NCBI GenBank assembly: GCA_038496445.1 | Contig: JALMLS010000564.1 | Span: 434,001 to 498,000 of the forward strand | Source: Trichosphaerium sp. ATCC 40318 | Taxonomy: Eukaryota > Protista > Tubulinea | DNA length: 64,000 nt | Direction of reading: 5' to 3' | Shown here: piece by piece, positions 24,218 through 37,520 of the stretch | How the letters are laid out: each line of letters opens with the position of its first letter | How positions within the stretch are numbered: position 1 is the stretch's first letter | The notes under the pieces: model-generated | What the model was told of the DNA's origin: nothing | The model's database searches: none | Seen by the model: the letters and a program-made list of their open reading frames with translations, nothing else | Program-made: the position numbers and the translations under genes

Positions 24218-27200
24218 TCATTGTTGGTTTGATGATTGTTCCTCTAGTTCAATCATGTCTAAAGAAAAACAAACTTGTCAGTTATCGCAAAAAAGCTCAG
24301 AAAAAAATATTGTAATTAGGCGCAAAGTGTAGTGTGTGTTTAAGGTCAAAATAAAAAAAAACAAAAAAAACAGTGAAAACGCCTATATCATACCAGTATC
24401 AGGGCCATCGGTCTCGGCACCATCACCACCACTTCCAGAGGCAGCAGGAGCAGGCTACATTACATCAGATAAGAGTTCCAAAAAACCAAAAGTTGATTGT
24501 ACCTTCTTCCTTAGCATCCACACAATGATACCAGCGAAAATAAGAGCAACAGTAACACCTACAATGACAAGCAAAACAATATACAATGTAGCTCCACAAG
24601 CAGTCTTAACAGTGCAAGCCCGGGTTGATGGATCTCTATCCCAACATCTATCACATTCACATACTCCGCTGACGCATTGACCATTACCACAACTTTGTGG
24701 ACAAAGACGAAGCGCTTGAAGAGAGTACGATACATCATTAAAGGCAAACAATGCTAAAAATCCCGAAAGTTAGTATTTTGTTTTTAGTTTGTTTGACGTA
24801 CAAAGTGAGTAAGTGCCTGCTACTGGTCTAGATAACGCAATCAATTGTTCTTTGGCTTCTGCACGAACCTCGCCAATGGATAGGCTAGAATCCTTTCTTG
24901 TAAGGCTTATTGTAAAGAAACCAGCACTGGATGTTCTACAAAGGGAAAGTGTTAAAGAGGAAGTGTTAAAGAAAATCAGGTTCAAGTGATTTACCTTTTG
25001 ACTGTAATGGCCAACAAGAATACGTTGTCTGGAAGGTTGAATTCATGGGTTACACTCTCAAATTGTTTCAGTGTTCCTAAGTCAGTATTATCCAACGCTA
25101 GCGCGTTAGGTGTAGCATCTCGGCTACAATCGAGTCCTGTTTTGCCTTTTACAATCAGGTTAGAAAAAAGCAAGAAAAAAAAAGGAAAGAAAAACTGTTG
25201 TACCAGCATCACAGCGGCATACGTTGTCTACGCAAAATCCTTGATCAGAACACAAGTTAGGACATAATGCTATAGTCATTGTTAGTTATTATATACAAAA
25301 GATTAGAAGTGAAGTTACCGTTAGATGAGAACTTGACAATAAATCCTTCACCACCGTTTGGAGATTCACCAGAAACAAAATTAATCTGTAGATTCTCAGC
25401 AGGTAATCTGAGTGGCTTTGGCGGGCTACGGCCTACAATTATATTAACAACAATGGCGTTTTAATAATATCTCGTACCTGTGGCATTGATAACAGGTGTC
25501 ACAGATGACCCTAAGAAAGTCCAAGTTAATACATAACCAAAGAAAGCCCAAGAACATAAAACTAAAAACTACGGAACAACTAGACTCTTAAATAATAACA
25601 CTCACCAGTAAATATTTCAACTGAATCACCATCATGGAGTGATAAAAAGTCGAAACTAATTGTGATTGCTACACCAATAGTGTAAGTACAGTAAAATACA
25701 ATAAAACAAAAAAAAAACAAAAGAGACATACGTGCTGAGCTTGGTGTAGTGATGAACCATCTACAATCTGAGTTTTGTCTATACAAAGCTGCTTGATCGA
25801 AATTATGACTTTCAACAGTTCCTGAGTTTGCAGAGGTAGCTGAAGTACCACTACAAAAAGCTAAAGAAAAATGTGAGAAAAGAAGAGATGTCAAAATTTT
25901 TTTGTATCACTAACGTGAACTACAGGTTACGCCGCTCCAACCAGGCTCACAAACGCCTATAAACTGTTAAAAACAATTAGGATACCAAATAAATTAATTA
26001 CAGGTATTTTGTGTTGAGCATCTTCCATTGCCATTGCAATCACCGTTTGGAGTAGTACAGGATCCTATTGTGAAAAAGTAAATAATCGATCACACGCTCT
26101 CGAAAATACACAAGTTTAAAACGCACTATCTTGACAAGATGGACCAGTATATCCTTCATCACATACACACGTGCCCAATACACAATGTCCGCTGGAAAAG
26201 CTAGAAAAACAATTAAAAAAAATAAACAAACTAGGGCTATTAATAATCTACAATCCTTACCATCCACTAGCACATGTATGAGTATCAAAAGTTGCTGTGA
26301 ATCCAGTATCAACCTAATTTTATGTATGAGAACAAGAAAGCAAAAAAACGTAATGAACACTGCACTGTGCGTACTATTGTGGAGATGCTGGAAGAGAACT
26401 CGACCTCCATTATACCATTCGACGACACAGTGATCTAGAGTGTTTTGTTAATAAAATTAAAAGCGCTGTTGATAAACGTGCAGGTGGGATAGCATATCCT
26501 GTGTACTCAGCGATGAGGTATCTGTCAGATATAGTATCAGCGTCGTAAACGCGAACAAAAGCTTCTTCTGGAGTTAAAGCAAACTCTTCAAATCCTACGG
26601 AAGTATAGGTGAGCATGACGTCTAATTTTATATTCCTCTTGACGTACTCAATGTGATTGAAGAATGTCCTGTTGGTGGTTTGATTTGCCATAAACAAGTA
26701 GATGCAGGCTCATACTGACCAACACCTACAAAGGAGGACTATCAGGTAACCTGACTAAAACACAAAAAAACTATTGTAAGCTACCGTGGTTAACAGAAAA
26801 AGTTCCATTTGTGGTATTGAGGACCTGTACGGATGAACATGCGCCTGTATTGTATAAGATAACTATATCATTATTATAGAAGGTACTTACCAAGGGAGCA
26901 ATCAGCAGACATGCAAATACCGCAATCTAAGCCACCCCAGCCCTCATTACAACCGCAAGTGTTGTTTGTCAAGCAATTACCGTTGCCATTACATCCCTTT
27001 GTACAAGCGCGAGTATTGCAATCAGTACCTGACCAACCAGGATTACAATGACATCTAATTGTTAAACATTATAAGCTAATTAAAAACAAGAAAGAAACTC
27101 GAACTACGCACTGATTTCCAGCAACACAATAACCATTTCCAGAACATTTATTTGGGCATTTCAATATCTCAAAAGATGCTTGGAATCCTTGACGTACAAG

Positions 27201-28816
27201 ACCTATGGAAGCAAATATGAGTAAATATAGTACTGAACAATTATGTATAATTACCTGGATCAGTTTCAAATTTAACAAACATGTTTCCACTACGAGAGAA
27301 CAAAGAGTTAGACCAAATATTGCAATGCTTATCCTAAAAACCTAAGCACTAAACTTACCTGTATGCCATTGTTACAGGTGGTAAGCGATCACCAGAGTAT
27401 ACACCGAGTAGTACACCTACATATAAAGTCAATGAACACCATTAAAGGCGATTTTAAAGTATGTACCAGTATCATTCAAGCCATCATAAATGAAGACTTT
27501 ATCATAATCAAATTCGAGATCAAATCGTTGAAAGGTGAATGCAACTGCATCTCCTTCTTCAAAACCAGTTGGACGTATCGACCTTAAGCACCCTGTTAAT
27601 ACAAATAAACCATTTTTAAAAATCACACTCTTACCATGAGCATGTCAGAGAGTTGATGTAATTGCCATAGCCTCTGTGATCTCCAAAAGTGCCTGAGTCA
27701 TCCGTAATAATTTGTAACGGATCACAATACGTTTGATTACAGTCCACTAAAAACAAGTATCAGCATTCTCTATCTTCCTGGTACTAAGCGTGTACCTCCG
27801 TAGAAACCAGGTGCGCATACGCACGTATCAGATACACATGAACCTTGACTAGGTGCGTTACAGCTATCTACACACTCTACAAGAAAAAAACACCGTTAGT
27901 ATGAAAAGAATAACCACAAGCAATCATCCTAACCTTGCGTGCAGTCAGTAGACATATCTGAACCACCAGTACAATACACTGCAGTATATTTTAAGCTAAA
28001 TCCTCTTCCAACTACTTGTGCATCCTACAAAGGTGGTGAGGACTATAACAGGCGAATTTGCAGTACGCTGTTGAAACTAATCGTGGTTTCAGGTGTTCTT
28101 GACGAAAAAGAAGGATGCTCTAAGAAAAGCATATCAGAAGTATTGTTTTTACAGGTTATCATGCGAGCGCACCTAAGTTTCTACCAGCAAACCATATATA
28201 TTGATCTCTTACCCAATCAGTAGGTGGTGCTTTGGGAGGAGTAAGCAAAATTAGAAGTTGTAACGTCCTTTTTTGTAAAAGAAGACAATTGTAAGAGGCG
28301 AAGAGTACCGGCTGAACCATCGAAGAAGATCAAAGCGTCGTTAGGCCTTTACTCTGTTAGTATAAAATGCCATAGAGCTGTTTCATACCATTCTGTGTCA
28401 AGCCATTCAAATTCGAAGTGAATACGCACTTTATCGGGCGTTAGTATGTACGTGAGATGAAGGTAGCGCACCTGGCGCAGGTTTTGGCGCAACAACGAAC
28501 CAGCATAGTTGATTGATATCATAAGTGGTTTCTTTGTCTGGGTTATTCGTGATTGTGCCTATAGAGACGCTAAGGAGAAAAGCGGTAAAATTATAGTTAT
28601 ACCGTTTGGTGACGTGAATGTCAAAGGCGGCCATGAAGTGCATTCTCCTGCTGGTTGTTGTCGTTTGGACGTTGTCCTATTACACACAACGAATTAATCC
28701 TTTGGGGCGACGTTAAGATGCTAGCACGCGTACTCGTAGTCTATCAATGCCACTGATTTAGTTACAGCGTGTATACTGTAAATACACAACAAGATGATCG
28801 CTATGTGACGTAGCAT
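24218..28816 (-). CDS. Type I membrane protein with multiple CUB and EGF-like domains
   Basis: Signal peptide MLRHIAIILLCIYSIHA; CUB motifs (FQRFDLEFDYDKVFIYDG, CRWFI); EGF motifs (CPNKCSGNGYC, CPQSCGNGQCVSGVCEC); TM LYIVLLVIVGVTVALIFAGIIVWML. Confidence 0.85.
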
Positions 28817-29003
28817 TTCTGAAGCAAGCGTAGCGTGTTATTTAAGGCTGCTCTTGTAAACAATTAAAATAGTGGACTAGAGCTACCAGAAAATCCACAC
28901 TTTTCTTATCGGTTGAAATGCATCATAGCATCTTTGGTTAGTTGATAACGTACACCGTCTCTTGGAACAAAATTATGTACATTGAACAGTGTTAACGCAT
29001 AAA

Positions 29004-30789
29004 ATGCTGAGTGCAGGTCGCTTACGCGTTGCACTCAACGCAGAAAGAACAACAAGATGTATGTCACGTTTATTTAGCCTCAATACATTAATAAACATAT
29101 TAAATAGCCCTGCAAGGTACTTGGAACAGTATAGAGAACCAACGAGCTAGATTTGATGAGGTTGGACGACATCTGCGGGTTATTACCCTAGATCAGTGGT
29201 ATAACATCAGAGTAGCAGAAGTCCGCACTAATGGAGCTGCTGGAATACTTGACAGGCAAAACCACCACGTACAAACATTACTCATCTTTGTTAGATATGG
29301 AGATTCCCTCTCGTTCGCTCTAAGCACGATATACAACGACTACGATTGGATACCATCGAACTTTAGGTTAGTAACACCGACCAACTAGCACGTGTTGACA
29401 AAAGACACTAAGGCACGCTCCTCATGGATATTGGGATAGCGTAGAGAATCAACGTATCCGTATGGAAGAAATAGGACAAACGTTAGGTGTCAAAATTTAC
29501 AATGATTGGTGTTATATAACAGCAAAACAAATTGCAAAGTTTTCAACTGTATTAGTGAACATGTGAGTGCATAAGTAATAGGTTCATCCAATCCACCATT
29601 TACTTTTACGTCAGGTACAACGGATCTGTTTATAAACTAGTGCAGTCTTTATACTCTAAGCATACATGGCATGAACATGATTTCAAGCACGTGGTACTTG
29701 TTAGTATTGCTTCTAAAACTACTTTAGTGTTTTACTTGATGACCAAGCTCGTTTGAATGAGCTTGGATACAAGTATGGAATATCTACATTGTATGATTGG
29801 TATAAAGTATCGTACCAAGATGTCATTAACGATGGAGGAAGGTCCATATTAAAAAAGTACAGCACTTAAATTGATCCACCAGCAGTGTTTATTCCTATAT
29901 AGGTATGAGTCATTGGCACAAGCGCTCAAGTCCTCGTATCCAAATTACGAATGGGACACATGGAGATTCACTAGAGACTACAAAAGGTTATTGAGTATTT
30001 GGACAACCATTTATTGATCCCTACTAGATCTCATACAAAACCTCGTAAAGCACCAAAAGAACCTGTTTTTATAATTCCTACCAACAGGTATTATTTGTAC
30101 TAGCGAGTATAGTAACTGACATTACTACAATAGAAAAGTCTTGTCACCAAAGCGACTATCTCTTCTTTCTAAGTTTAACTTTATTGCAACGAGACTAGGT
30201 ATCAAAGATATTGAGGGCTGGTATAAAGCAACATGCAAGGATTTACATAAATTTGGCTGCCGCAATATTACTCTACAGTAAGTACGACAGCACTACAGAG
30301 ATTTGATTAACTCTGGTAAGGCATGGTATGGATATGTCAAGAATTATGAGCTATGCGTATCCACACTATAACTGGCAAGAGTGGAAATTCAGGTGACACA
30401 TAGCAATTTCAGTAATTTCACTAACGTTACCAAAGAAAAAATGATATTGCTCCATCAGGCTACTGGCAAAATTATAACAACCAAGCCAAGTTTTTACGTA
30501 AAGTAGAAGGCTTTTTGGATATATCAGATCCTACACAGTGGTATAGAGTGTCAAAGGCGGATTTCCATAGATTTGGTGCTAGTGGCCTATCTGCTTATTT
30601 TCCAGAGATACTGGGAAATCACTTCCCTTCAGTACCTTGGAACTTCAAAACTTTTAAAACTATAACAACAAAAACAAAACAAAGGTGAGACCTTGTTAGC
30701 TCTTGTTGCCTTCTCACTTACTAATCATTTTACTAAGAGATCTTTTATCATGTGCCAAGCACTTGGTTACTGTTGAGTTAAATACATAG
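29004..30789 (+). CDS. Trp-rich ~70-aa repeat protein (5 repeats), no nuclease domain
   Basis: Spliced by eye: MLSAGRLRVAL...; repeats W..(E)NQ..(F)......L.I....(D)WY.(V)....(I)...G...L..Y..(S)L...L...YP...W..W.F; ends KTKQRDLLSCAKHLVTVELNT*; missed by the ORF track. Confidence 0.75.
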
Positions 30790-30856
30790 AAGTTCGGACG
30801 ATGCTCTGGTATTTTATTGAAAGCAAAAATGTACAGTATAAAAAAAGATAAAATAC

Positions 30857-31898
30857 TTAACCAGATTCTTCATCTGATGATTCATCGTCTTCAGATTCTT
30901 CGTCTGATGACTCACCATCCTCAAGTGCTTCATCTGAAGACTCTTCATCCTCGGAGGCTTCATCTGATGATTCTTCGTCCTCAGATTCGTCATCTTCAAG
31001 GTATTCACCGTGTACTCCAGCAGAAAAGTCAGTGTTTTCTGACAAAATATCATCTTTTTCGCTTTCGTCCTCTGGATCAGACTCAACGTCATCAGAAGAG
31101 GATTGTAGATTAACATTTGGTGCACCTACATATTAGTTAAAATCATTGAGGAAAGAATTCAAACAATACCCATGTCTTTCATCTCAGTGCCCTTTTCTTC
31201 TTTGGACTCTGCAGGGCTATCCTCATCATCACCTTTGTGCATACACAGGAGAATAGCAATTGCTACAATAGCAGCTACACCAACAATACTGACGATAACT
31301 AACGTGCAAGTAGTAAATATTTACATCTCATTGTGTTGAAAGAATCAAATACCTATGCCAGCTATTGCTCCATTGTTGACGTCTTTTTGAGGTGCCTCAT
31401 TGGCTTCCACGCCTCGTTTACGCCCATTGATACTGGTAACGTATTGTGGATTTAGTTGTAAAGACTTTGAGCCTAATAAGTATGAAACGTCGTCCTTTGA
31501 TGTAGCAATGGTTGTAACACTTGTTAATCGGTGTATTGCGATAACGTACCAAAAGCCGTTGAAACATCTATACATTTACCAGCCTTAGAAACTAGTTGAG
31601 GCGCCAAACAGCTCGTGCAATCTGTACTAGAGCTACAGTACGCTATGTTCATTTCCTAACGACAAACATTTAACAATAAAAGTGCTATTGTGCAACTAAT
31701 CAACACCTCTGTTGTGCATGTAACTGCGAAAGATTCGTCCCTAAACATAGATTGCTTGCAAACGTCTTGGCAGCTTATCGTGTATGCAGCATTAGGCTCC
31801 CCTGTACAATCGGCGCTCGCGAAGGCTTGCAAAGTAAAGAGTTGTGCATATACTGTAGAATATGCCAGGCACAACAGTACAAAGGTAGTGGTGGGCAT
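30857..31898 (-). CDS. Single-pass membrane protein with Cys-rich ectodomain and acidic tail
   Basis: Signal peptide MPTTTFVLLCLAYSTVYA; NNGAIAGI...TM; C-terminal EDEESSDE repeats. Confidence 0.7.
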
Positions 31899-32123
31899 TT
31901 TTCGCGTTTAGACACCTTTTGCAAGCGTAGAAACTGTTTTAAATAGTCGGCTTCAGTAAACCCCGAAGTCATCAAACGGAAATTTAGCTAGTGAAGACAT
32001 ACAATGCTGGCGCGTGTGGAAGTGCGTTTAGGCCTGTTTTACGTAGTTATAGTTTTTGATTAAAAAAACAGCGAAATTTCCATCCGCCAAATCAAATATT
32101 TATCCGCAACATACCGTGTGGTC

Positions 32124-32500
32124 ATGAGTTACGATCGAAGAACCCGCAGTTCGCACAACGGAAGTAACAGCGCTCAGCAAATGGACCCTATGGATATTTC
32201 GCCGGGTAACGTAGCTGTGCAGGTAGTACCAACGAGAAACATGAAAGATGTGCTGGTACGTTGCCGTCTACGCATTATCTCCTTGTAATCGCTTCCCAGA
32301 ACGTAGATTTTGAGAAACTCGATATTACAGCCCTAAAACTATACAAGAAGAAGAACCGCCTTACAAAAGTGCGAACTAACGCTAGCAAAAAAGACCTCGT
32401 CGAGGCTGCTACTGCACACTTTTTAAACTGGAAGACACCACCAGACTCTGTCGTTATAGAGAATTTCATATACAACTGCAAGTTTATGCAAGGTCAGTAA
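32124..32500 (+). CDS. SAP30-like Sin3-binding domain protein
   Basis: VDFEKLDITALKLYKKKNRL...SKKDLVEAATAHF...VIENFIY resembles the SAP30 C-terminal Sin3-binding domain; one intron. Confidence 0.7.
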
Positions 32501-32997
32501 AACTACTATTCAAACCACAAATGGCTCTCCAAGCGATAGAGCCTTTGTAACCTGTAAATACATTGTAAAGAACGTTCTAACAAAGAAACAGCTTATTTTG
32601 GCTTTCCGTTTATTTTGGTGTTACCCTTGTAGCTTCCAGTACGCATTTCTCTCTATGCTAGAAGTGCGCAAAATATTTAAACGTCGCGCTAAAACCCAAT
32701 GCCTCTGAGTTATATCTTTACGCGCTGGCGGGCACGCGACATGTACCAGGGAGATGACATTTTGTTTTTTACTTCGCAAAATGCGAATGTGTGACCAACT
32801 TTTTTTATTTTCAGTCACAACGCGTCTATCATCTAGTGTTAGGACCCATAGTTTGTGTACCGGTAACAAGAACCATTAACCCGCGAAAACACCTTTCTGG
32901 TGTGTCAAACTATGATACAACTGTACTAAACGCAACGCACATTGTATTAGCAATATTGCCAACCCTGCCAATTTAAAACAGAATTAATTGCATTTTA

Positions 32998-35900
32998 ATG
33001 GAGCCGTGGCTACAGGTACGACCATGTTATGGCTCACAAGGTTAACCAATACTGAAGAGACGAACCATCGAGCTTATACTCGACTTTGACTCGCCAGATA
33101 CGCCATCAAACATACTATATGACCAACATGGTCGCATTAAGGCTATGACCTTTGCCAAACTGATAGAAAAATTGACAAGCCCCAAACTTCACGGTACGTA
33201 TTATTTAGTACATACGCCACAACTACCACAGCAAGCCAAAAGCGGTCGTTTATTACCGAAAGTAGAAAAACTCCTTAGCAGTGTTATGGAAAGTAATTTA
33301 CGCCAAACGGTCATGTTGCACTTCTCTTTTGAGAATGCTGGCGCAGTTTTTAGCTAAACTTTTTTGTTCTTATATTTGTGTTAGATCCTAGCTTAGTACT
33401 CGAAGTCTTACTCACCTATCGTACATTTACTACGCCAAAGCAACTTCTTGGTGCACTTATACAGCGCTGTGAAACGTTTTTGGTTTTGAATGTTGATCAA
33501 GGGGAAAAATCCCTAAAAGTGTCTCTCAAGTACGCTCAATGTACCACTAAGAAAAAACCGCCTGTCGATCTTTTTTTTTTTCTGTTGAGACATTTTAAAT
33601 TAATCAACGAAAATAGGGTTTTGAATATTATCAATACGTGGATAACAAAGTTTTGGTTTGATTTCGCAAAAGAAGCAGACTTAGAGCACAATATTACAGA
33701 ATGGATTTTTATTATTCGTTCTCATCCTAAGCTCTCAAAACCCGCAACAAGAGTTCATGGTTCTTTAACAAAGAGGGTACGAATACATAGCTTTTTTATG
33801 ATAGTCATTTGTAACACCTCACGTGTTTCATTGTTGCATAAAATTACTGTTTAAATTTCTGACTTATACCTTTTTTTTGATTAGCTTGGTGATCATCAAA
33901 AAAAGATGGTAGAGGTATTTGATGAGCCACCGCCTACGCCAATATTGCCGAAGAACACAAGGTCATTCTTGCGCGGAAATTGGTGGGATTATGACTCTGA
34001 GGAGTTGTCAAGGCAATTCACTCTTATGGAATGGAATTTGTACAAGTAAGTTCTAAATGTCATACAAGTTTTGCGTCCGGTTTTGGTTTATCTAACTTTA
34101 CTTCAAGAGCAATAGAGCCTTGGGAACTACTAGGACATGGTTGGACCGAGAGCGACAAGGAACAACGCAGGTATGATGAAATAGCAGTGAAATTCCTCAG
34201 CTCACATTTTGTCAAGCCCAAATGTTCTAAAAGCTATTACTCGGTTTAATAATGTTTCAGAGTGGTGCAAATCTACAGTGTGCCTACTTGAAGATAAGAA
34301 ACTTAGAACAAGGTATCTATGCTCTATGAAACTCCTGTTTGTCTCACATTTTTAGAATGATGTGCAAGTGGCTAGAGATTGCTTCTGTGCGTAAATTATA
34401 CCTAACATAGTGAACTCTTTTTTAACTTTTGCTTTTTAGCACTGTGAAGCTTGTAATAACTTTAACTCTGCTATGCAAATATATGCTGCTTTATCTAGTG
34501 GACCGATACATAGACTACATCAAACGTATGGGGTACCTAAGTCTTGTTTTAGTATTTTATTGTTTTCAAGCGCTAACTTTTGTCAAACAGTCCATTGGTA
34601 AAACACATGAACAAATGCTAGAAAAGCTGAAATATACTTGCTCTAGTAGCAAGAACTATCAAAATCTTAGGCAGATATTAAGTCAAAGACAACCACCTAT
34701 AATCCCCTACCTCGGTATAAACAAAACATAAAAAAACGAACACTTACAATTAACATTAAGGAATGTACTTGACAGATCTTATATTCACAGAACAAGGGAA
34801 CAAAGATGAATTGAGTGGTTTAATTAATTTCTATAAGAGACGTTTAGTTTCTGAGACAATACGGGAGGTTCAACAGTTTCAACAACAAGCATATAATCTA
34901 GAACCAGTTGAGCACATACAAGCTAAAGTTTGTGAACAATTCACTTTTGATATGTTGACTGAGGATCAACATTATGCTTGCTCATATTATATGGAACCTA
35001 GAGAAGACCTAGGACCTCAAACACGTCCTGAAGTACTTGATACTCACGAGGTAAATCGTTAGCATTATACAACGTTATGACAAAGAATTTAGGTTCTTAT
35101 AAAACAATTCAAAACATCCTCTCTTAAAGCAAATTCTTCATGGTTATCATCAAAGCAATTTATACGTACAGTAAGTGGTGCCGAACGGGGATCTGGACAT
35201 ACTTCTCGAAAGACAACTGGTACCAAGCAAGAGTACGCCCTCTTTAAACAAAAACATTAAGAATACTGTTATTGTTAATGCTGCTTTAATAGAAAATCGC
35301 CAAGAATCAGTGGCCCAATTTCAACTGAAGTTAATGTCAAAGTGGGTCAACTGAAGAATGTTAAACACATTGTTCATGTTGAATACGATCCTGTTACAGG
35401 CCTTAAAGGTTTACCAAAGGAGTGGTCTGACCATATGGAAGGCATAGCTGTAGAGCTTCATGATAACTACAAACCAGTACCTGGTTTCACAGATCCTGAA
35501 CAAAAACTAAGTTGGCAGTATGATAGTGCTAATAAACGTATCACAAAACAGATACGTAATCCTCACACAAACAGACTCGAAACTAGATCGAGTTGTATAC
35601 TCACAGATCAGCCAGAGTTTGTAAAGTCTCGTATAAAGCAGTGGGAGACTTCTAGTGAGGTGTCAGAGAAGCCTATACCTCCACCTAAGCCTTTAAGAAT
35701 GCATGGAAATAAGAACAAGGTTAGACAATCTACTGGTTCTGATCCAAATGTACAAAATATTGAAGTTACTCTTACTAATTTTGAGACAATGGTTCAACAA
35801 GAAAGGTAAGCTTCGTCTTTTGACTTTTTTCTTGTTTTTTTCTCCTTCTCTTGTTTTGTCTCTTTTGTTGATGGGTTTTTTCTAGAGAACTAGAAAGGGA

Positions 35901-37304
35901 ATGTCAGACTTTGTCTGCAAACCATGTTGATATGCTTGAAAAGAAACAACAAGAGCTTATCCAAGCAGCTAAGGATAACAAGAGATATGGCAGAGGACAA
36001 ACAGCTGTCATCGAAGAAGAACAAATAGACATTGAGTTTCAATTGTTACTTGAAGAGGAACGTAAATTGCGTGAAGAACAAGAGAGACTTGAACGCGCAA
36101 GTCAAAAGGTTAGAGATAAAGAAGAGCGTGAAAAAGCGAACTTAAATGCAAAGAAAGAGAAGGAAGAACGTGAAAGACAAGAAAAAGCGAATCTCAAGGC
36201 AAAACGTGATCAAGAAGAACGTGCTCGTTTACAGAAGCAGCAAGCTCGTCAAGAGGAGCGTAAGCACCAGAGAAAGAGAGAACAAGAAGAACGTGCAAGA
36301 GCACGTAAAGCGTCAAAGAGAAAGAAGGAACATGAGGAAGCACGTAGGAATAAAGCTGCTTCTAAGAAAGAAGAGGAGCAGAGAAGAAAGCGTGAAGCTG
36401 GAGATCGTAAACGTTTAAAGAGAGCTTCATCAATGAGAAAGAAACGTCCTCCTCCTGCTAGACCTAGAGCCCATGCTGCTTCTATATCTAATAGCAGATC
36501 AATGTCAGTGGCTAGCCGTACAAGACAATGGGAGAAAAACGGTGAGAATAATGTGAAGGGAAGTGCTTCTGTTGCTCTTGAACAGATTGAAAGAAGTGCA
36601 AGCACGTCTAGGAAGATAAGAAAAGTAAAGAGACAAAGCTCGAGGAGAAAGACTTCTCAGCGTGCTAAGACATCAGATGATTTACCTCGTAGAAGGATAG
36701 GAAGTCATAATAGATCAAAATCAGAAATTGGATTATCTGATAGAATAGCAAACTCTCCTTTTTTTCAAAGAGATGTACCAGCTTTGAACTTAAAGGCTAC
36801 TGACTCTTCGTACTCAAAGTCTCCTAGTACCAGTCCTAAACCTCATACAACTAGGCCTAAAGCTAGGCCACCACCTAAGAGACAAGTATCAAGGTCTCAG
36901 ACGTATGTAGATGAAACAGATTTTATTCAACTCCATTACTTTTGATTTAATTTTTTTGATAGGATGAGAGGTTTAAAGAGAAGAGCGAGTAAAAGGAAAA
37001 ATGTGGGCAGTACGAGACAAATTACAGTATTGATAGATTACTGGAAAGGTAGTACACGACTTAACATAGAAGTCAATACGCTGAAAGGTGTTGAAAGTCA
37101 GATAAAAGAGGGCTTAAGTACCAAGTACGATACACCTTTTTTTTTTCACAAAGTATCATTTGTTTTGAGTCTAATTTCTTTGAAAGGCGTGTTAAGTTAG
37201 AGTTCTGGAATGAACAGAGTCGAGTATGGATACCTCTATCAAAAGTAGAGGTATTACGTAATTTCACAAAATTACGTGCTAGTAAAAAAGGATCCTTCTT
37301 TTGA
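32998..37304 (+). CDS. RasGEF (REM + CDC25) with CRIB-like motif and charged coiled coil
   Basis: IKAMTFAKLIEKL, LLTYRTFTTP, AIEPWELL..GW, NNFNSAMQI..AL, PPIIPYLGMYLTDLIFTEQGN, INFYKRR; VKHIVHVEYDP..GLKGLPKEW. Confidence 0.9.
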
Positions 37305-37520
37305 TCGGGTTTCTTTTTGTTTTTTCACATAGGACAAATTTTTTTTGTTGTAAGAGTAGTGTAAATAAACTTTGTAAAAAATCTTTGTTTTGTTTATCAA
37401 ATTAACGAAAGGGTTGTACACTGAAAATACAGACCTTTTTTTGTTCAATGAGAAGTGTACTGGTCAACTTACGTAGGAGTTCTTGAGTTAATTTTAAATA
37501 CACTTTTTTTTATTTTTTCT

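Noticed and set aside
29256-29294. GC-AG intron in the repeat protein
   Set aside because: 39 nt, in frame and stop-free with a weak GCAAAA donor; cannot be told from a 13-aa insertion without cDNA
30814-31125. His/Leu-rich and Met/Lys-rich repetitive ORFs
   Set aside because: Alternative frames of the acidic EDEESSDE repeat
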